A DNA stretch of 63,980 nt, filler included, from Thelocarpon superellum (Eukaryota): assembly GCA_026025795.1 (NCBI GenBank). It is 3 parts of 3 records of this genome, joined end to end, with 100 filler letters (N's around TTAATTAATTAA, not from the genome) between each part and the next. Parts side by side here need not be neighbours in the genome. Positions count along the whole stretch, not along the records: positions 23,751 to 47,239 come from JAPEUG010000282.1; 2 more parts are not named here. One strand, 5' to 3'. The notes under the pieces are model-generated. The model was not told where the DNA came from, made no database searches, and saw only the letters and a list, made by a program, of their open reading frames with translations. Below, in pieces: positions 23,752 through 35,656 of this stretch. The translations under genes and the position numbers were made by a program. How positions within the stretch are numbered: position 1 is the stretch's first letter; each line of letters starts with the position of its first letter.

Positions 23752-24897
23752 ACCAAGACAGGGAGCCCCATCGCTTGCCAGCAAGCCGCCAACACCACGA
23801 CTTCCGCTGCCGCCTCGGCCTTTACTAATCTCGCCGCTGCTATCAATGCTGCGTCCAACGGGACGACTTCGAACAATTCCACGCCCGCGCAACCGGCTGC
23901 TAACCCCGGCTCTACCAACAGCACCGGCACTGCACCCTCAGCAGCCAATAGTGTCCACCCTGCTGCCGCTGCTGCTGTTCAACCTTCCGTCCCCGCTACG
24001 GCTCAACCTGCCGGCGGCGCCGCTGCTGCTGTTCAACCTGCCGGCGCCCCGGCTGCTGCGCAACCCGCCGGCGCCGCTGCTGCTGTTCAACCTGCCGGCG
24101 CCGCCGCTGCTGCTCAACCCGCCGGCGCCGCTGTTGCTCAACCCGCCGGCGCCGCTCAACCCGCCGGCGCCGCTGCTGCTGTTCAACCTGCCGGCGGCGC
24201 CGCTGCTGCTCAACCCGCCGGCGCCGCTGCTGCCCAACTTCCGGCTGTGGCACCAGCAGCAGCAGTGGTATCGCCTCCGACGGTGCAAAAGCCACCAGTG
24301 ATAGGAGTGCAGCCCACTTCGACTCTACAACTCGGACCATTTCCCAGCGACGGTTCACCTCCGACTGCTCCCTCCCCGTCCTCCACCAATGGCCCTGTCC
24401 CGATCACGTTTGGGCCCAATGGTCCTGCTCTTAGCAGTGGTGGTAGTACCGGTAGTGGTGGCGGTACTTCCAGCGGTGGTGGAGCAGGAGAAGGAGGAGG
24501 AGCAGGAGGACCTCCTGGCGGAACCCCTGCTGGGCCCCCTGCTGGGCCCCCTTCTGGGAATCCTAGCGCCAATGGCGGTGGCGGTGGAGGCTCCGGCGGC
24601 ACTGGGGGCAATGGTGGTGGTAGTGGTGGCATTACCACCATCGCGCAGGGAGTACCATTCACAGGATCAGGCGGCAGTGGGGGAGGGGTCAGCGGCGGAG
24701 GGGGTAGCGAAGAAGGGGGTAACGGAGGAGGGGGTAACGGAGGAGGGGGTAACGGAGGAGGGGGTAACGGAGGAGGGGGTAACGGAGGAGGGAGTAACGG
24801 AGGAGGGGGTAACGGAGGAGGGGGTAACGGAGGAGGGGGTAACGGAGGAGGGGGTAACGGAGGAGGGGGTAACGGAGGGGGAGGAAAAACCAGCTAA
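23752..24897 (+). CDS. 3' fragment of an Ala/Gln/Pro- and Gly/Asn-rich repetitive protein (5' end missing)
   Basis: Frame open from the contig edge to TAA 24895-24897 (about 380 aa): TKTGSPIACQQAANTTTS..., nine QPAG units with poly-Ala spacers, a Pro/Gly linker, then about 11 NGGGG units. Confidence 0.7.
   Translation, partial: TKTGSPIACQQAANTTTSAAASAFTNLAAAINAASNGTTSNNSTPAQPAANPGSTNSTGTAPSAANSVHPAAAAAVQPSVPATAQPAGGAAAAVQPAGAPAAAQPAGAAAAVQPAGAAAAAQPAGAAVAQPAGAAQPAGAAAAVQPAGGAAAAQPAGAAAAQLPAVAPAAAVVSPPTVQKPPVIGVQPTSTLQLGPFPSDGSPPTAPSPSSTNGPVPITFGPNGPALSSGGSTGSGGGTSSGGGAGEGGGAGGPPGGTPAGPPAGPPSGNPSANGGGGGGSGGTGGNGGGSGGITTIAQGVPFTGSGGSGGGVSGGGGSEEGGNGGGGNGGGGNGGGGNGGGGNGGGSNGGGGNGGGGNGGGGNGGGGNGGGGNGGGGKTS
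24001..24240 (+). repeat. Imperfect coding minisatellite (about 18-30 bp units, CAACCYGCCGGC + GCN run)
   Basis: Nine CAA-CCY-GCC-GGC cores; all unit length differences are multiples of 3. Confidence 0.9.
24715..24885 (+). repeat. 15-bp tandem repeat AACGGAGGAGGGGGT, about 11 copies
   Basis: Ten full units 24721-24870 (one with a G>A variant) plus a degenerate last unit. Confidence 0.97.
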
Positions 24898-25187
24898 TTG
24901 GGCTGGCTACCAGCAGCTGGACTGGCCTGGATACCACATTTTCCTTCTGCGCACGCTTTTCTATTCCCTTCATACTCTGTTCTGCTTAGGAGGGTCTGCT
25001 ACTCTCCTCACTGTTACTGTCTCTTTCTTTCTCCTGTTCGTTGTCGTTGTCGTCTTGGTCGTGATGCTCTCATTGTCGTTTCCGTTAATGTCAAACCGGG
25101 CGTGGAAGCAGAGGCGGGGGACATGAGAAATATGTCCAAGCCATGTGGTCAGTAAAGTAGTCAACAAATAGTCAGTTCCATTGACTG

Positions 25188-25210
25188 GTCAGTCAGTCAG
25201 TCAGTCAGTC
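25188..25210. repeat. (GTCA)n microsatellite
   Basis: Nearly 6 units, directly visible. Confidence 0.85.
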
Positions 25211-25539
25211 GCTGAGCTACCTGGAGGACTTTGTCTGATCCTAAGACGCAATCTTGGATTCACTTGAACTGCGAGGGTTGTAGTCCGCAGTGCCTGGGGC
25301 CTCCGCTAGCGTAGCTGGATTTGGGTACTCATGCGGAAGATGACGTAGGAAGAAACTCCAGGAACACTTGTGGAGCCACCCCCTTGTCAACTGACCGAGT
25401 TGCATCGGTAGGTAGCGGGGGAGCTCGACGATATAGCGAGACCATGCAACCCAGGAATTCGTCCGAAACGGCTAGACGTCCTTCCCTCAATCCTCACCCG
25501 TTTCCTCACCTTCGTTCGTTCCCTCCCCCACCGACAACC

Positions 25540-26667
25540 ATGGCCACGCAAAGTCCCTCCCCGGTTTTCCGCCCCCAAGTGATCTTGATAACCGGCGCCT
25601 CTCGCGGGCTCGGCCACAGCATAGCCAGCAGCCTGATAGCGAGCGGCCACCGGGTGGTCCTGGTATCCCGCACGGCCGCTCCGCTCGAAGCTCTCCAGGC
25701 TTCGCACCCGGGCCAGGTGCACTATCTCACGGGGGACGTCCAGCAACGCCACCTCGCCAAAGAGGCTGTCCAGCTGGCTCTAGAGACGTGGGGCCGTCTC
25801 GACGGACTGGTCGTGAATCATGGCCAGCTGGCCCCTGTCGCGCGCCTGGTCGACGCGGACATAGAGGCCTGGGAGGCGGCGTACAGGGTCAACGTTTTCG
25901 GCTGCTTGGATCTCGTACGGCTAGCCTCTTCTCGTTCTTTGCTCTGTCCCCTCTGCTTGTTGTTCCTCCGTAGCATCCGTGCTCGTGCTCGTGCTCATGC
26001 TCGTACTCGTACCTCAGCGCGGTACCGTGTCCCTCTCCCGGTGACTTTTACTCGTCCCTCCATCCCTCCATCGCTCTCTCCTTGGCCCGTTCTGACCCCC
26101 TCCCGTACGTATTTACACGGGATGCCGAGCTTCGCTCACCACCTCACCCCACACTAGATCAAACACGCGATTCCCGCCCTTCGCACCTCGCACGGCCGCA
26201 TCATCCTCACCTCCTCGGGCGCCGCGCGCACGGGGTACGGCGCATGGGGCGCGTACGGCAGCTCCAAAGCGGCACTGAACCACATCGCGCTCACGCTCGC
26301 GACCGAAGAGCCGCTCGTGACTGCTGTCGCCGTCCGGCCCGGCACCGTGGACACGGAGATGCAGCGTGAACTGCGGGATGAGCACCTTCACAAGCTAGAC
26401 GAGGCCGTGGCGACGCGCTTTCGCACGTTGAAAGAGCATGGCAAGTTGCTTGATCCGGCGGTCGTGGGGGCTGTTGTGGCTCGATTGGTCGTGGGTGTGT
26501 CGCGGGATTGCTCGGGGCGCTATCTGGAGTAAGTAGACGTGGTTGAATCATCACGCTGCGTACCATTGCGTTGCATTGCATCGACGTGAAGAGAATGGCT
26601 GATCATGTGGGTTTGGCATCTCAGCTGGAACGATCCCGACCTGGCCGCCTTTCAGACGCCATCATGA
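25540..26667 (+). CDS. Short-chain dehydrogenase/reductase (YIR035C/YIR036C-like)
   Basis: VILITGASRGLG, LDGLVVNHG, SSGAA, catalytic YGSSK and VRPGTVDTEMQ. Introns 25915-26157 and 26529-26624; ends YLDWNDPDLAAFQTPS*. Confidence 0.9.
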
Positions 26668-26736
26668 TTCAAGGCAGTGCACTTTAGTGACGTGGGGAAC
26701 GGCAAGTGTGGGAAAGTGGAGGGACTTTTCGGGGAA

Positions 26737-26775
<39 letters not shown>

Positions 26776-26778
26776 AGC
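26737..26778. repeat. (TCGTGC)6 plus one variant unit, hexamer microsatellite
   Basis: Lies in the 160-bp gap between the convergent SDR and NIC96 stops. A related array occurs at about 25978-26010. Confidence 0.9.
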
Positions 26779-26827
26779 GTGTCAATACATGGGAGAACCG
26801 CCCGCGCTCTCATCCACCGAACGAGCC

Positions 26828-29800
26828 TCACCAGCTCTCCACCTCCTGTCCTGCACGCGCAATGACCTCAAACACCCTGGGCGGGAGCCGGAGGCGGACC
26901 AGCCCCGCATAGACCATCAGATCACGCGCCTTCCCGGCCAGCTCCTCCTTCATCCGTTCCTTGGTCGGATCCTCAAAGGCCGAGGACCGCAAGACGTCCC
27001 GCTGTCGGCCGCAGCACGTAATGGTCCACATCAGCAGATTGCCAATGTTGCGCGCCACCGTGGGAGGTAGCTGCGTGAAGGCTTGCGCGCTGTTGCGGAT
27101 CAGATAGATCTGGCCCCCCGCGCGCAACGGGAGGATGGATAACGAGTCGATGATCTGCAGGAGACACTCATCAGTCCCACTTGACATTGCAAAACAGAAG
27201 GAGGGCGGCGATGAGGGGACTCACATCGAGCGCTTCGGCCCACCGACCCTGCTCCACGTGCTGCTTGGCCTCGCTCATGCGAAGTAATACCCCACAGGCA
27301 TCACGGTTCATCTGCTTGATCTTGCTGAAATACATGGCCTTGCTGTTATACAAGCCGATCATGTTGCGGGCCAGGGTAGCCGCATCATCCACGGACGTCA
27401 GGCTCAGGCTCGTCTCCTTGGGCGCGCTGGCCGGCTCGGGCGGCGTAGGGGTGGCAGAGCTGGTGCCGGTGGCGGCGGCAGACGGCGGGGCGCGGGACTT
27501 GAGCGGCTGCAGCGTGACGGGCTCTTGGCCAACGTCGACGGAGATCGCTTCGGACAGGGCGCGGTTGATGATGCTGATTACGTTGTCGTACTCCTCAGCC
27601 AGATGGTAGAGCAAGACGGCGTCGGTGGTGCGACCATTGTCCTCCGCCACGCTGGCAGCTTGCATGGTGATGGTGCGCAGGAAATCATCGGGATCGGCGG
27701 GCTTGATGAGTTGGAGGCGCAGCTCGATGGCGCCCTTGATGCGTGTGCCGTCGGGCCGGAGGTCGCCCAGCAGCTTGGCGAATTCGCGCGTCTCGAGCAC
27801 GAGCTCGCGCAGCGCCTCGTGGCACAGGGACGTCTGCGATTGTCCTGCTGCGCCCGGTAGGTCGCCGTTCAGGCAGATCAACGTCAGGTAGTCCGTTGCC
27901 GCCTCGACCTTGGCCGCGCGGAAGTCCCGCGTGTAGTAGCCTAGCATTCGGCCGAAGTTGACTTGGGGCATGTCGCGCGTGGTGAAGGTCACTGGTGTAG
28001 TCGCGCGTCAGTCAGCATTGACGCTGTGATCAGGGCATGACACGGAAGACGTACGCAGTTCTGACTCGGATGCGGTGAAATCCGACACGCGCAAGAGGCC
28101 GTAGAAGTCGAGCGCGATGGCAAAGTGCACGGCCGAGACATAGGAGAAGGAGTATAGATACGCGATGGCCTGCTCAAACATGCCGCCGAGGATCTGGAGG
28201 AGGAAGTAGGTGCCGTAGCCGCCAGGAGCATCGGCCGCGCCTTTGACGAAATACCGCTGCCCGATCTCCCGAATCACCGCACGAACCTCGGTGGCCCCGA
28301 AGGATTCGCCCGCCGGCTCGTCGAGGCGCTGCGCTTCACGCGCCAGGCTGAACTGTAGCCAGATCCAGTCCTCGATGCCCTGTCCGACGAGGTCGAGACT
28401 CCGCTTGTTGAGATCACAGCGGCCGATGATCTTGTAGCACGCCATGCGATACGGGTCGATGCTGTTCTCCGGCGCGATCCGCGTCCGCTGGTTATATTCG
28501 GCGTTGATGCGGTCCTGTAAGTTGTCGTCCAAGCGGCGGCTCTCGTTCTTGTAATAATTTGCAATGTAGGTGGGAAAGTTCCGATCGATGACGCGGAAAG
28601 CCGTGGCGTTTTCTTTGACGTACTCCACCGCGTCCCTGAGAAAGCCCGAGCGGAGGAGGAAGAAGATGATGACCCAGCAGTATTCCATCCCCAGGCTCTG
28701 GAGATCCGTGTTCTCGGGCGCCAGATCGCGTTTGGCGGCCCGCAGCGTCACGTACGCTCGGACTTTGTTCAGGGTCGTGGGGACGCCCCCAAGTCGTGCC
28801 TCGCGCGGGTTCCGCGCCACCGTGGCCTCGAGGGATTGGAAGAAGGACTTCTCCAAGAAGCGGCGCGAGCCATCCAAGATGCGTCGGTTCATCGCCACCG
28901 TCTTCCGCGACTGGTTCTCGTCGAGCAGATAGTCCCCGGCGAACTGCCGTTCCCTCGACGCATTGGGATCGGAGACGGCCTTGGCCGATGGGTCCTCCCG
29001 GACGATCTCGATCAGGGCACGGTATGCATCGACGAGCTGCGACGTCTGATCTCCCCCGGCTTGTCGTTCCACGCTCCCGAATTCCCGCAAGATTGGGTAC
29101 ACCTTCCCTTGGAGCCGGGATTCGTTCAGGAGCTGCACTTGATCGGCGAACTTGGCTTGCTTATCGCGTAGGAATCGATCGTCCACGCCAGCCTGGGGCG
29201 CGCCCGTCGCTTTCTCGGCCACGTCGGCAAAGAGAGAGGTCTGATTCACGCCGCTGCGGGCCGGCGTACCGATGACGGAGCGTTGCAGGCTGGACATGCC
29301 CGACACGCTTGCCTTGGATGGGGTACCAGCACGCGAGCTGCTCGCCTTGTTGCCCTGACCGCGTCGTGATCGACCAAAGGATCCGCTCTCGGTCAGGCCA
29401 AAGGCGCTGGAGCGCGCGTCGCGGCCGTCGCCGTCGCCGACTTTGGCCGTCAGGCCAAAATGCTCGTAGATACGGCGACGTTGTGCGTCCCACTCCATGG
29501 TCACGTTCTGTTCCAGGTATCGGTCAAAATCCCGCGCCGCGCGACTCAGACCTTCTTCGATGAGGGCCAAGGTAGACTGTGACTGAAGATTCGAGACGTA
29601 GGCGGCATTGTCGGCGTCGAAGGCTGGCGGCTGGGCTAGCACGGCGGCATTGGCAGACCCGGCATCAAGCTTGTCTAGGTCGCGAAGGGCCGACCCTGGG
29701 GAGATGCCGGATGCCGCCAGGAGATAATGGGCCTTGCTATCCACCCCGTTTCCCGGCACGGGCGACGCGTGGGATCCACCGAGCTGCCGCACCCGCTGCG

Positions 29801-30140
29801 CGATGTCGCCCAATCCGAGCTGGAGACTCGGCAGATCGCCCAGGTCAACCCCACTGTCCTTGCCATTCTTGCGTTTTCGGCTCCGTTCCAGCAAGCTGTC
29901 GAAGTATGCCGACTGTGAGTTGCCCGCCGGCGCATGGGACGATGGAGCGCTCTGAGCATTCTGCTGTGCCTGGGACGTCGGTGCGGCCTGTGCCTGCGTC
30001 TGGTTGTTGGGTTGTGAAGCTGCAGGCGCACCAAACAAGCTGGACGCCGCGAGTGGATTGGCCGCCGTTGCCGTGGACGTTTGAGGCGGAGCGGCGGCGG
30101 CCGATGAGGCCCCTCCGAGGCTTCCAAAGAGGCTGGACAT
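26828..30140 (-). CDS. NIC96: Nucleoporin Nic96/Nup93
   Basis: ATG 30140 (MSSLFG). LPSLQLGLGDI, KAHYLLAASG, WVIIFFLLRSG, DPYRMACYKIIGRCD, IEDWIWLQF and AVHFAIALDFYGLL. Introns 27992-28054 and 27155-27224. Confidence 0.95.
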
Positions 30141-30800
30141 GGCGCAGACGGATGGTGGAGGAGGGCGGGCGTGATGACCCGACCGAACGCGCCAACAAGG
30201 TGGTCCTGACGTGGAGCTTGTCCACGAGCTCAAACAATGAATCGCGTGTTTTGCACGGCGGCCCGGCAGCGAACTTTCGGTTGCCCGCGACCAGCCCGGA
30301 TGAGTCAGCGCACACTCGAGGCCGGCGGCAGAAGTCTGTGCCAGTCGGGAGGTGCCGATACCACCAGAATTCTGGCGAGACCTTTGCTGCCCGCCTCGAC
30401 CGTTAACCCGTCGGCCCTTCGCCTGGGGCCCTCCGCATAATCTTCCGCCGCCCGCCCTATTCGTAGGAGGCCCCCGCATGACTACGGACACCTGCTGCAC
30501 CCGGAAGAGAAGTCTCATCTGGTCCCTATTCTCTGCCCAATGCAGGACCTCTCAACTTCGAACACACCGCATGTAACGGACGATGGACAATCTACGAGGG
30601 ATGAAATTTATGTCAATGCTAGTTGCGGTCTGCTACGCCGTGCGGCATTCATGTTGTCGTGTCTCCCCCTTGCGGACTGTTCCGGCACCGGTAAACCCTT
30701 TCAGTCTATAGAGGCCCCTGTCCGCCGCTCCATGCTCCACCGCGCTTTGCCAAACACAAGGAGATCGTCCGTCACCACGTCCCCAGGCCTTGATGAGGCG

Positions 30801-32754
30801 TCACGTTGCCTTCCACCCCACAATAGCCTCGTCAACATTACGGCGATAGGTCTGCTGCACGCGGCATTGCTCCAAGAAAACCTTGTACTTGACCGCCAGC
30901 AGCTTCTTCTCGTTCGCATCCCGGCCCGGTTGGACGACCTTGCCCGGCTTGCTCATGCGATCCATGATCGACCACAGCTTCTCCGTCTGGCCCTCCTTGT
31001 CCGAGGTGGCGGCCTTGGCGGCCAGCATCGCCGCCCCCTGCGCCACCGCCGCGTGCACGTACTTGGGAATGATGACGGGCATGGCGCACGCGGTCGCCAT
31101 GAGGTACATGAGCACCGCATTCTGACACTGGCTGCCCGACATGAAGATGGACGAGATCTCGTGTCCGGCCGCGTTCATCGTCTCGATGATCTGCCGCGTC
31201 TGGAGGGCGATGAACTCCATCGTGGCGTAGTAGTAGAGCGCCAGGCCATCAATGCTCTTGTCGCTGCTCAGCCCGATGACCGACCCCGTCATGTTCGGGT
31301 CCGCGATCGGCGAGCGGTTGCCGAACAGGTCACCGTAGAAGAAGAAGTGACGGCCGAGCCAGCTGATACTGGGCGCCGCCGCCTTCCCCAGCATTTCCTC
31401 CAGATGCTGGTTCAGGTAGTCGTAGATGTTGGTGTTAAAGCTCTCCGCGATGGACAGTGTCTCGTGGAAGGCGGGATGCGTCTCAAGCACGTGCTTGAGC
31501 AGCTCCCCCGTCGCGCTCTGGCCCCCCTCGGCCATCCAGTACTCCGGGATCAGCACGTCCCGATACGGCCCCCACACCCCCGGCACGAATACGGGCTTGG
31601 GGGACATGGCCAGGTGACAGGTTGACGTGCCGGCCACGGCGGCTAGCCGGCTGAAGGCCTGGTGGATGTCGTTCTTGCCGTACTCCGCGCTCAACTCCGT
31701 GTCGCCCAGCATAGCCTTGGCTCCCACCGTGCCTACCCAGCCGGCGTAGGCGTCGATGACGCCACTGCCCACGGCCAGGCCGGCCGGGAGCCCCAGCTCA
31801 ACGGCCGCCTTCTCGCTCAACGTGCCTGCGAGCTCGCCGGCGCTGAGATACTTCCCATTCTGGACCCCGTTAGCCATCTCGTCCGTCTCTCGCCATACTC
31901 TGGGGGCCAAGGAAGAAAGGCTCACCACCCCATCAACGCCGCCCATGCGCTTGAAGTTGTCTGCACAGAGCTCCTCCAGGCCGATCGTCTTCATGAAGTC
32001 TTCCTGCCACCCCTTGACGCTGCCGTCCACCCCGACCGGAACGTAGCCCTGCTTGCACACGGTGCTGCAGAAGCTTCGTGCTTCGTTGCCCGTGGCCATG
32101 TGGGTGAGCGCATCAGCCAAGTCGTAGAACTTGCACCGCGCAAACAGCTCGGGGCTCATATGGTTCTTCAGCCACAAGACCTTGGGGATCTCCATCTCGA
32201 TGCTCATCTTACCGCCTACGTAGCGGAGCAGATTGTGCTTGGTGGCGTTGATCTTTTCCGCCTCGGCCACGGGCCGATGGTCCAGCCACAGGATGACATT
32301 ACGATCGGTGTCAAACTTGGGCTCCGTCACCGACACGGGCTGGTCCGTGTCCTCGGCGAAGACGGCGAGCGAGCACGTGGCATCGAAGCAGATGCCGCGG
32401 ACCGTGGACGCGTCAATGGAATGCTGGTTCAAGGCTCGCTGTACGGCGGTGCAGATGCAATGCCAGATGTCCTTGGTGGATTGCTCCTGTTGCGGCGTCA
32501 GTGGGTCCCGCCCCGGTGCAGCACGCCACCCGACTCACATAGAAGCCATGGCTGGGCTGCCACAGACCAATGGCCTCGGTGGCCAGCCCCTTGATGTCGC
32601 CGACCTTATCGATGATGCAGGCGCGTGCGCTCCCGGTGCCCACGTCGATGCCAATGTAGTGATCCATGATGGGGTTGATTTCGTTGTGTGGGTCGGTGCT
32701 CGCACGACGCAAAGGAGGCTTGCGGGCGGCCTGGCGGTAGGGGAACGACTCCAT
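30801..32754 (-). CDS. FGGY-family pentulose (D-ribulose/ribitol) kinase, YDR109C-like
   Basis: YIGIDVGTGSARAC, GICFDATCSL, ILWLDHR, IDAYAGWVG, AGTSTCH and EGGQSATG. Introns 32487-32538 and 31860-31925. Confidence 0.94.
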
Positions 32755-35116
32755 GGTAAGGACGGGGGGAGGGGGCCGTGCTGAGGTTATCGTGTACCTG
32801 GGTAACCAGGTCGATTAGCACGGGGTGGGGTGCTGTTGTCCACCTTTGACGGAGCGCCGCCACACACGGCCATCCTACCTAGTGCTTTTGCTTCGTGAGG
32901 AAGGGTGGGTGGGTGACGAGGAAGAGAGGGCCCGATCTGGTCACGAGAATGGGGGAAGGTGTAGTGTCGTGCACGAATCGACGGCTCCAAGGCAGCGTGG
33001 AGGCAAGGGAGTCGAGCGGGCGTCCGACGTCCGGCGTCGGGCGTAAGCTGGGTCGAGGCGTTCCGACGGGGGAGAACCTTGTCGTGGACACCACGATTGT
33101 TGGGAAGGCCTCGCTTGGCCACGGTTCAGGTTGTGTTCTCGCACTTTTTCGGCATCGTGACTGACCAAAGGTCCGACTTACGGACGTGCCCCACCGCGAA
33201 AGGTGCGCCACGGCCAAGCTCGCCACAGGCAGGTTCTGACGATGCGAACCAGGGGCGAGGCCACCGACTGGTCCGCCCAGCGCGCTACCTCTCCCAGCCC
33301 TCCCCCCACCACGTCCCCACTCGCTGGGGACCTTTCGGTACGAGCAAGTGCCCTGCGGTCGACGAGCTGGCGCCTCCCCATCTCTCCGGACTCGTTTGCT
33401 CCGGCAACGTCATTGGCGCCATGCTACTGGACCCACGTCCAATATCCAGCTGCTCGATCGAGCGGACCGGCGTGTGCGCTGACCACCTTGGCTACCCCGC
33501 GCCGACTTTTCCTAGTCGGAGCGTCGATCACCACGATTCCCGCTAATCCTTGCAGCTCCCGGCTCCTAAGTCCCAGCTCCCAGTTACCGGCCCCCCGCTC
33601 CCCTGCACCGAAGCTGTCTCCGTGCCTCGCGCCTGCGCCACCGCGGGAAGATCACGAGGGAGATGCCGTGCTGCGAAGGGTGCATCTCGATGACCTTTGT
33701 CTGGCCTCCGGTGGAGCCGTGTGGAGGGTCATGCGACGTCGTCACAGCGTTGGCTGCCCGTACGGTGTACGGGGCGGAGAAGGGAGTGGTGCCACCCAGT
33801 GTGTCGTACGCGAACTCGTCTTCGCCCTTCTCGCAGCGGCCCCATCGCTAGGTAATTGGTAAGTCCTTTGCTACCGCAAACTCGCTACATCGTGGGTCGT
33901 CGACTCAACGCAAGAGGTATAGCCCACCCCTACCATTATCCCGCCGACACGGTCTCATACATTCCTTGTGCGCGACCAGTGGCAGGTGTCGCGAATGACG
34001 CTTCTAGGCTTGTTATCTTCACTACGACGAGGCCGAACCGACGCTCCCACCGCTTCGGGGAGCCTGGCTGCTTCTGTTTCATTCACTCACGGTGTCCGAT
34101 GTGAACAGATATGGGCATGTAGCGGCACCGAGCAGAAGCCCCCATTAGCAGATGTCATCAGACATTAGCGACAGACTTTCGACGATCGAGCTCGCCTGCG
34201 GAGTCGGTTGGCAATGGAGCTTGTGCTAAGCTCTGCGGCTCGGCATCGTACGAGCGTCGCGTCGGACGCGGAGTGCAATTCCATCGGTTTCGATTTCGAC
34301 CGCCCGCGGTTAGCACCGATAGCCCTAGCACCAACACTCCGTAGCTGGCTGCTTGCATCTCCTGCAATGTTCCCACTGGCTGCAAGTACGAGGAGTAGAC
34401 GCCCGCAGTAGCTCACCTCGCTACGATCGAATCTCGGGGAACGTGCCGATTTAACGCATTACCGTGCCATTGCAATGCATTGCTATGCATTGCAACGCCT
34501 TGCAATGCCAGTGGGGTCCAAGAATAGATCGGGGCGAACTGGAGCAGGCAAGCTGGCTGCCGGACAGAGTAGCCCTCCGTTCTACTCGAACGAACGGTCC
34601 AGGGATTTGCCGGGCATGGCCAATGGTTTGACTTGACCGCTGGAGTGTCCCCCTCATGCTCTAATCCTGCAACGCCCAACGCAGCTCGGCGATCGACCAT
34701 GACCTCCGTCGAAGGTCGAGGAGGAGGCTCCTTGAACACTTGGTGATGCATCCGCTCCAAGATACGCGGGATTTCTCTCCCCCGCAGTGCTCGCTCAAGT
34801 GTTTCTGCATGACGTTGACCTGGACAGCATTGGCTGCGCGAATATCTCACGCGACCCGGTCGCCGACGCGCCACTATTGGGTGGTGGCTCATGATAAAGC
34901 CAATGACAGCGTTGATGCTCGTCGTAGGTGTTGCCTCCGAGCAAAGATTGAGGAGTGGATCTGCAGTTCATGGCGTGACATACAAAGGGACCGTCAATCC
35001 CACCAGCTGCTACGGATGTAGGTTCATCATGAAATCAGGTTCACGCGACACGTTTGAGGCTTCGAGTCTGCGAGGAAACCCCGAGACTGGGCCCCTGCTT
35101 AAGAGCCTTTCCGGAT

Positions 35117-35656
35117 ATGAAGTTCAATGGAACGACGTGGGCCACCACGTTGTTTGCCCTGCTGATCACAGTCACTGTCGCACATCCACAGTCAGAATCG
35201 AGCGCACTATGGTGGCAAAGCCCCGAGCGACACGAAGTTCACAGGTGCTTGGAAAATCTCATAAAGAAGTCTCCAACCGTCCAACCCGTTCGCACGACAG
35301 CTTCTGGTGAAATCCTTTACTCGGACGAGTGCCTGCCCAAGTGCCTGGCGATCGCGGGAATATGTGCCGCAGCTCTCTGTACCGCGGCCGTTGTGTCAAA
35401 GTATGTCCATCTCACCATCACACCTATGACAGGGACGACGCTCATCCGTGGACAATCCAGCGGCGCTCTTCTCCCTGCATGCGGATCATGTTTCGCTGGT
35501 CCCATAGGAATAACCTGCCCGGTCTGCTTTCGGGCCGCAACCAATCGGCACGAGCACGTCCGCGACGTGGCTTGCCCGCTCATCTCGATCATGACCGCCG
35601 AAGAACAACAATGTCTCAACATGGCCTTCGGCGGCAACTTCACATGCAGCGATTAG
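35117..35656 (+). CDS. Small secreted cysteine-rich protein 1 (159 aa spliced, 12 Cys)
   Basis: Signal-peptide-like MKFNGTTWATTLFALLITVTVA-HP. Probable 60-nt phase-2 intron 35401-35460 (gtatgt...cag). TAG 35654-35656. Confidence 0.75.
   Translation: MKFNGTTWATTLFALLITVTVAHPQSESSALWWQSPERHEVHRCLENLIKKSPTVQPVRTTASGEILYSDECLPKCLAIAGICAAALCTAAVVSKYVHLTITPMTGTTLIRGQSSGALLPACGSCFAGPIGITCPVCFRAATNRHEHVRDVACPLISIMTAEEQQCLNMAFGGNFTCSD

Noticed and set aside
24715..24885. CRISPR array or telomeric repeat
   Set aside because: Head-to-tail repeats without spacers, inside a coding frame, not TTAGGG, and the context is eukaryotic.
24389..25126. 245-aa ORF with (GVTEE)n and hydrophobic stretches
   Set aside because: It is a shifted-frame shadow of the Gly-rich gene: GGT runs read as GTG/Val and the repeat lacks stops in that frame.
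30540..32594. Long antisense or alternate-frame ORFs over FGGY (also 398-1543, 54800-55915, 62284-63369)
   Set aside because: Expected shadows of GC3-rich coding sequence; no recognisable motifs.
25540..32754. SDR plus FGGY kinase as a polyol-utilisation cluster
   Set aside because: They are separated by NIC96, the SDR is of a generic subfamily, and no transporter or regulator is nearby.
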